Origin: Ignavibacteriota bacterium
GTDB taxonomy: Bacteria > Bacteroidota > Ignavibacteria > UBA10030 > UBA6906
Direction of reading: 5' to 3'
DNA: 64,000 nt
Assembly (NCBI GenBank): GCA_016218065.1
Contig: JACRFA010000113.1
Coordinates: forward strand, 6,458-70,457
Shown here: positions 59,719 through 64,000 of the stretch, one piece after another
Numbering within the stretch: the stretch's first letter is position 1
Layout of the letters: every line of letters begins with the position of its first letter
Notes under the pieces: model-generated
Told to the model about the DNA's origin: nothing
Seen by the model: the letters and a program-made list of their open reading frames with translations, nothing else
Databases searched by the model: none
Translations under genes and position numbers: made by a program

Positions 59719-60291
59719 CTACTCCAGCTTCAACTTCTTCAGTTTTGGTCTGATTACAAACTGGCAGTAGGGCTGCATCTTGTTGTTGTTGTAATAATTG
59801 TGATGATAGTCTTCGGCGACATAAAACTTCGTCAGCGGCTGAATCTCCGTGACGATGGGAGAATCGAATTCCTTTTGCGCAGCCTTCCTGGATTTTTCGG
59901 CGATGTGCTTTTGCGCGTCGTTCTGATAGAAGATCGCTGAGCGGTATTGCGTGCCGACATCGGCGCCTTGCCGGTTCATCGTCGTGGGGTCGTGCGCCGC
60001 CCAGAAGACTTCGAGAATTTTGTCGAAGCTAACTTTTGCCGGATCGAACGTAATGCGCGCAACCTCTGCGTGTCCCGTCGTGCCGGCGCAAACTTCTTTG
60101 TACGTGGGATTCTCCTTCGCTCCGCCGGCGTATCCCGGCTCGACCGACTTCACGCCGTCGATCCGTTGAAACACAGCCTCAACACACCAAAAGCATCCTG
60201 CGCCCAATGTCGCGTGTTCCAAACGTTCTGCCTCCTTCCCTTTCTGTTGTAGTCCGAACAACATCATTACAGCAAGTGAGAGTGTAAACAC
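59719..60291 (-). CDS. msrA: peptide-methionine (S)-S-oxide reductase
   Basis: 190 aa. It has the active-site motif GAGCFWC and conserved MsrA core motifs (GYAGG, HDPT). Confidence 0.92.
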   Translation of the reverse strand: MFTLSLAVMMLFGLQQKGKEAERLEHATLGAGCFWCVEAVFQRIDGVKSVEPGYAGGAKENPTYKEVCAGTTGHAEVARITFDPAKVSFDKILEVFWAAHDPTTMNRQGADVGTQYRSAIFYQNDAQKHIAEKSRKAAQKEFDSPIVTEIQPLTKFYVAEDYHHNYYNNNKMQPYCQFVIRPKLKKLKLE

Positions 60292-60383
60292 GGCTCCTCC
60301 TTTTTCTCTGAATCTAACGAAAGAGTGTCACGAAACGTTCACACACTCATTACGATATGAGCACAATGAAAGATTGTCCGCCC

Positions 60384-61145
60384 TCAACGAGTTCTGCCGA
60401 CAAACACGCCCGGTTCGCGTTTTCCAGCGTCAAAGACCTTGACGAGGATGAGTCCCGCGATGAATCCGCCGATGTGCGCAGCGTAGGCCACGCCGCCTCC
60501 CGCTCCGCTGATGGATCCGAATCCTCCGAGAAGCTGGAACGCGAACCAAAGTCCGATGGCAACAATCGACGGAACTTCGGTGAGCATAGTGAACATCAGC
60601 ACTTTGACACGCTTCCCCGGGAAGAGCAGCAGGTAGCCGCCGAGCACGCCCGAAATCGCGCCCGACGCGCCGAGACTGGGAATGAGCGGATTGCCGTTGA
60701 ACGCGTACGTCGAGAACACGTGCGCGAGCGACGCAAGCACGCCGGTGAGAAGATAGAACACGAGATAGCGTGCATGCCCCATCCGGTCTTCGATGTTGTC
60801 GCCGAAAATCCAGAGGTACAACATGTTGCCGAAGATGTGTCCCAACCCTCCGTGCATGAACATCGACGTCAGCAGTGTGATGTACACCGTAATGGGCGTG
60901 GGTTCGAGTCCCGGCAGCTCGAACGTTTGTCCTGTTTGCGGGTCCTGCGCGATCTGATCTTCCGTGATGATGTCGTTGCCCGAAACAATTTCCGCGGGCA
61001 CGGTCGAAAACGCCATCGTGAACGAGTTGTTCGAGCCGAGTCCCTGGAATAGAACAAACACCACGATGTTGATGGCGATGAGTGTGTACGTGACGATCGG
61101 TCTCGTTGTGCGATCGGTATTGTCATCGCCTAAGGGCATGATCAT
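60384..61145 (-). CDS. rhomboid-family intramembrane serine protease
   Basis: Catalytic Ser motif GASGAISGVLG and the His in AHIGGFIAG, with 6 TM helices. Start chosen at the ATG at 61145; the ORF track start is 61226. Confidence 0.85.
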   Translation of the reverse strand: MIMPLGDDNTDRTTRPIVTYTLIAINIVVFVLFQGLGSNNSFTMAFSTVPAEIVSGNDIITEDQIAQDPQTGQTFELPGLEPTPITVYITLLTSMFMHGGLGHIFGNMLYLWIFGDNIEDRMGHARYLVFYLLTGVLASLAHVFSTYAFNGNPLIPSLGASGAISGVLGGYLLLFPGKRVKVLMFTMLTEVPSIVAIGLWFAFQLLGGFGSISGAGGGVAYAAHIGGFIAGLILVKVFDAGKREPGVFVGRTR

Positions 61146-61269
61146 GGTGACCTCGTTCTGTGGATGGAGTTGATGGCGTTCCGCACCAAAGTAGCCATCA
61201 CACCGGAGGAATGCAAGAACTGTCACGGCGGTCGGAAGTTGCTAAGTTGCCGTAACAGCCGGAAAAGTG

Positions 61270-61557
61270 TCAAATGACAACCTTGGTCGCTGGATGTTCA
61301 TTTAACGCGGAGTAGATGCCGATACGGTCTTCATCGCTTTGCACGACGACGAGAATTTTCTGGGTCGTCACGGCATCGAGGATCAACTGAGCGCCGTGAC
61401 GGACTCGCGAAGCAGTGTAGCGCTGTAGTGTCACGGCACTGAGATTGACCTTAGTTGCCGTGACAGCCAAGGAAAGAAACTTCGCGCCTTCGCGTCTTCG
61501 CGGTTTGCTTGTGGCCGGTTCTTTACCCGTAGAACGAGCGTTCATAGGTTTCCCCAA
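61270..61557 (-). CDS. hypothetical small ORF (weak)
   Basis: 95-aa ORF with no recognised family. It contains one copy of a ~40-nt imperfect direct repeat whose other copy lies just downstream. Coding status is uncertain. Confidence 0.25.
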   Translation of the reverse strand: MGKPMNARSTGKEPATSKPRRREGAKFLSLAVTATKVNLSAVTLQRYTASRVRHGAQLILDAVTTQKILVVVQSDEDRIGIYSALNEHPATKVVI

Positions 61558-61747
61558 AAAAGATTCGAGACAACGTGATGCGGTAACGATGGTGTGCTAT
61601 CGCGGTGTGGATACAACAGGAACAGAATGAGTGACATCGGGTTTCCTGTATCAACAAATCCTTTTGCTGCTGCTTCAAAGATAACGAAAAAGCGGCGCGA
61701 AGCGCATCGCTCAATGGCGCATGATGCTGCACATGCGGGTTCTTCTG

Positions 61748-63235
61748 CTAATCCATTCTATCGTAGTTCTCAGCAGCGCCGTACAACTCGTTCAGGGGGA
61801 CACGCCGCAGGTTGCGCTGGTTCCGGGGATTCAAAATATAGCGCGACAGAATTTTGTACGCATCGTAATCAAACCGGTGAATACCCTTGAACAGCTCGGT
61901 CTGCCCGAACTCCGTAAACCGATAGCTCGCAAGCAAGCACCAGTTGTCGATGACGAACGCCTCGCCGCTGTTCGTCACCGGATCGCGCTCCTCGATGACG
62001 ATGCCTCCCGTATAGGGCCACGCTTTGATTCTGCGGCCGGCAAACGCCTGCTCGACGCGCTCGTTGTACAGCAACGGTTCTTCCTCGTTCATGCACGCGC
62101 CTTTGCAGCTGTGCAGGTGATACGCGAAGCAGTACGAGTTTGTCTGCTGCAGCCCGAGCAGCTTTTGGCACAATCCGAACTCCTTCGAGATTGTCGCGAG
62201 ATATTCTTTTGCCTGCTTGAAATTCTTGAAGATTGCCATGATCGGCGCTTCGAGGTCGATCTCGATGTCGTGCGTTTTCTCCAGCGCAATGCTCGCATGC
62301 CCCGTTTCGGTCAGCACGCGACGGGCAAGGATAAGATCGTGCTGTCGACGCGCCGCAACATTGTACATCGGGCGAAGCTCCTTGATCAGCTGCGACTCGA
62401 GCAGCAACGCGCCCAACTCCGAGGTGGTTTGGCGTGTGTCGATGCGGGAGACTTGCTGCGCGATCTCCATCTCCTTTCCCGACCGATTGTCGCCGGAGAA
62501 ATGCGACATCACGCGGTCGCGAATGCACACGCTCTTGCCCACGTACAACAACTCGCCTTGCTTGCCATAGAAGAGGTATACGCCGGGCGTTTCCGGAAGT
62601 GCGTCGATTGTCTCTTTGTCCAAGTGGGGCGGAACGCTGCTCGTTTTCAAAATTGCGTTCACGGCAAGCGTCAGCAATTCGTGCGTTGTTTGCTGTTGCA
62701 CGATGGAAAGGAAATCGAGAACAGCCTGCGCATCCCCCATGGCCCGATGGCGCTCTGCGCAGACAATTGCATGGCGGGTAAGGATGCTGCTCAGATCGTG
62801 ATTCCGGTGCTGCGGATAGAGTTTGCGCGACAGCTTGACGGTGCAGAGGCACTTCGCCGAAAAATCCTTGCTGAGTCTGCGAAATTCATTCTTGATGAAG
62901 CCGTAATCGAAGCGGGCGTTGTGCGCCACGAAGATTGCGCCGTCGAGCGCTTTGTACAGTTCGCGCGCAATCGAATGAAACATCGGCGCATGCGCGATCG
63001 CTTCGTTCGTGATTCCGGTGAGATGCTCGATCTCGTGGGGAATGAAACGATCTGGATTCACGAGCGTCTGAAACCGCTTGACGATCTTTCCGCGCTCAAT
63101 GCGAATCACCGCAATGTCGATGATGCGGCCATACATCGCGTTGCCGCCCGTGGTCTCAATATCGACGATGGCAAGCGGCTTCTCCACGGGAAAATTCAAA
63201 GCAGATCTACAGTTTGAATTCTGAGTCTCAAGCAT
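61748..63235 (-). CDS. DEDDh 3'-5' exonuclease (DnaQ-like) fused to a GIY-YIG nuclease domain (Cho/UvrC-N-like)
   Basis: Exo motifs VDIETTGG, HNARFDYGF and HRAMGDAQA are followed by GVYLFYGKQGELLYVGKSVCIRDRVMSHF (GIY-YIG). Confidence 0.85.
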   Translation of the reverse strand: MLETQNSNCRSALNFPVEKPLAIVDIETTGGNAMYGRIIDIAVIRIERGKIVKRFQTLVNPDRFIPHEIEHLTGITNEAIAHAPMFHSIARELYKALDGAIFVAHNARFDYGFIKNEFRRLSKDFSAKCLCTVKLSRKLYPQHRNHDLSSILTRHAIVCAERHRAMGDAQAVLDFLSIVQQQTTHELLTLAVNAILKTSSVPPHLDKETIDALPETPGVYLFYGKQGELLYVGKSVCIRDRVMSHFSGDNRSGKEMEIAQQVSRIDTRQTTSELGALLLESQLIKELRPMYNVAARRQHDLILARRVLTETGHASIALEKTHDIEIDLEAPIMAIFKNFKQAKEYLATISKEFGLCQKLLGLQQTNSYCFAYHLHSCKGACMNEEEPLLYNERVEQAFAGRRIKAWPYTGGIVIEERDPVTNSGEAFVIDNWCLLASYRFTEFGQTELFKGIHRFDYDAYKILSRYILNPRNQRNLRRVPLNELYGAAENYDRMD

Positions 63236-63398
63236 AGAGCTGTTTAGCGTTAATCGTTATTTCTTAGGGACCGGGAACTTCACGTGACAAGATAGAAGAT
63301 TTTGCCAGGATGAACAAGCAGATGCGTTGTTGACTCTCTCTTTCATGCTTCCTACCTTGGACACACATTATCACACAAAAAGATTCTACGAGGTAACC

Positions 63399-64000
63399 AT
63401 GTCAACCGCCATTGCAGACGAGCTGCAGCTCGCAGTCAAGCCGACAATCGGCACACACACGCTAATGAATTTCATCGGCGGCAAGTGGGTTGAGTCGGGA
63501 GCCAAAACAACATCGCCCGTCATGAACCCATCAATTGGCAAGCAGATTGCGAGCGTTCCCCTATCGGGAATGAACGAGGTCGACGCGGCTGTCCGTTCTG
63601 CAAGAGGCTCGCTTACCTCGTGGTCGAACACGCCAATCAAAGAGAGGGCGCAGGTGTTCTTCCGCTACAAATCACTGATGGAAAAACATACGCAGGCACT
63701 CGCGGCGCTTGTTCACGAAGAGAATGGCAAGACCATGAGCGAATCGATTGCGGAAGTGGAAAAGTCAATAGAGGTCACGGAGTTTGCCTGTTCGATGCCG
63801 CAGTTGAGCGCAGGCGAAATCCTCGAAGTAAGTAAGGGCGTCGAGTGCAGAATCGACCGCCACCCTGTTGGAGTCGTGGCGTCGATCACGCCGTTCAACT
63901 TTCCCAACATGGTACCCAACTGGACGATTCCGAACGCGCTTGTCCTCGGCAACACGATGATCCTCAAGCCGTCGGAACTTGTGCCGTTGAGTTCGATTCG
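63399..64000 (+). CDS. mmsA: aldehyde dehydrogenase, methylmalonate-semialdehyde dehydrogenase-like (5' part; continues past the window end)
   Basis: Own translation from the ATG at 63399: MSTAIADELQ...NFIGGKWVESG...ITPFNFPNMVPNWTIPNALVLGNTMILKPSE. This is the ALDH superfamily, with the FNFP..M.P.W pattern typical of MMSDH. The frame is open to 64000. Confidence 0.7.
   Translation, partial: MSTAIADELQLAVKPTIGTHTLMNFIGGKWVESGAKTTSPVMNPSIGKQIASVPLSGMNEVDAAVRSARGSLTSWSNTPIKERAQVFFRYKSLMEKHTQALAALVHEENGKTMSESIAEVEKSIEVTEFACSMPQLSAGEILEVSKGVECRIDRHPVGVVASITPFNFPNMVPNWTIPNALVLGNTMILKPSELVPLSSI

Noticed and set aside
61721-63217. 498-aa plus-strand ORF overlapping the exonuclease/GIY-YIG gene
   Set aside because: It is an antisense shadow ORF. 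The minus-strand frame carries ordered DEDDh and GIY-YIG motifs, while this one carries none.

Overview
Bacterial chromosomal window made mostly of GC-rich core genes, largely on the minus strand: ddl, lysA, a xerD-like recombinase, a PgpH-like HDIG protein, ligD, typA, a glgP-type phosphorylase, hrpB and msrA. The domain repertoire (PSCyt1-type cytochrome-c-like lipoproteins, a CarboxypepD_reg/DUF5686 outer-membrane protein, DUF3857-transglutaminase) hints at an FCB-group-like organism; this is inference only.

The centre of the window (about 24.2-37.4 kb) is a mosaic, partly AT-richer accessory insertion of about 13 kb. It separates the substrate-binding gene of a NitT/TauT-type ABC transporter (37376-39088) from its permease and ATPase genes (22385-23985). 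Four related 150-200 bp attC-like imperfect palindromes, plus one half-site, punctuate it in a single orientation. Three copies of the 3' end of the OmpA-like tail of the binding-protein gene are also present. No integrase or transposase was seen.

The cargo is an EamA exporter, an AraC-linked oxidoreductase block, a VOC gene, gene fragments and a single-gene Abi-alpha (DUF4393) cassette. Exactly mid-window lies a translationally coupled four-gene operon: a 2-TM protein, a TctA/DUF112-like permease, a Hanks Ser/Thr kinase and a shortened class-I HMG-CoA-reductase homologue. I cannot assign this operon to any described system, and I regard it as the best candidate for a novel (possibly defence) module.

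Directly adjacent is an operon of a PspA/IM30 protein, an AAA+ ATPase and a coiled-coil membrane protein, which follows ESCRT-III/Vps4-like logic. Other points:
- an ORF-poor 0.8 kb stretch with long perfect helices (candidate structured RNA, possibly rnpB);
- recurrent G/T-rich degenerate repeat tracts and C-TAC/GTA-G triloop hairpins in intergenic DNA;
- a cluster of an ECF sigma factor, a CXXCH beta-barrel and two cytochrome-like lipoproteins;
- several clear intrinsic terminators.

No rRNA, tRNA or CRISPR array was recognised.
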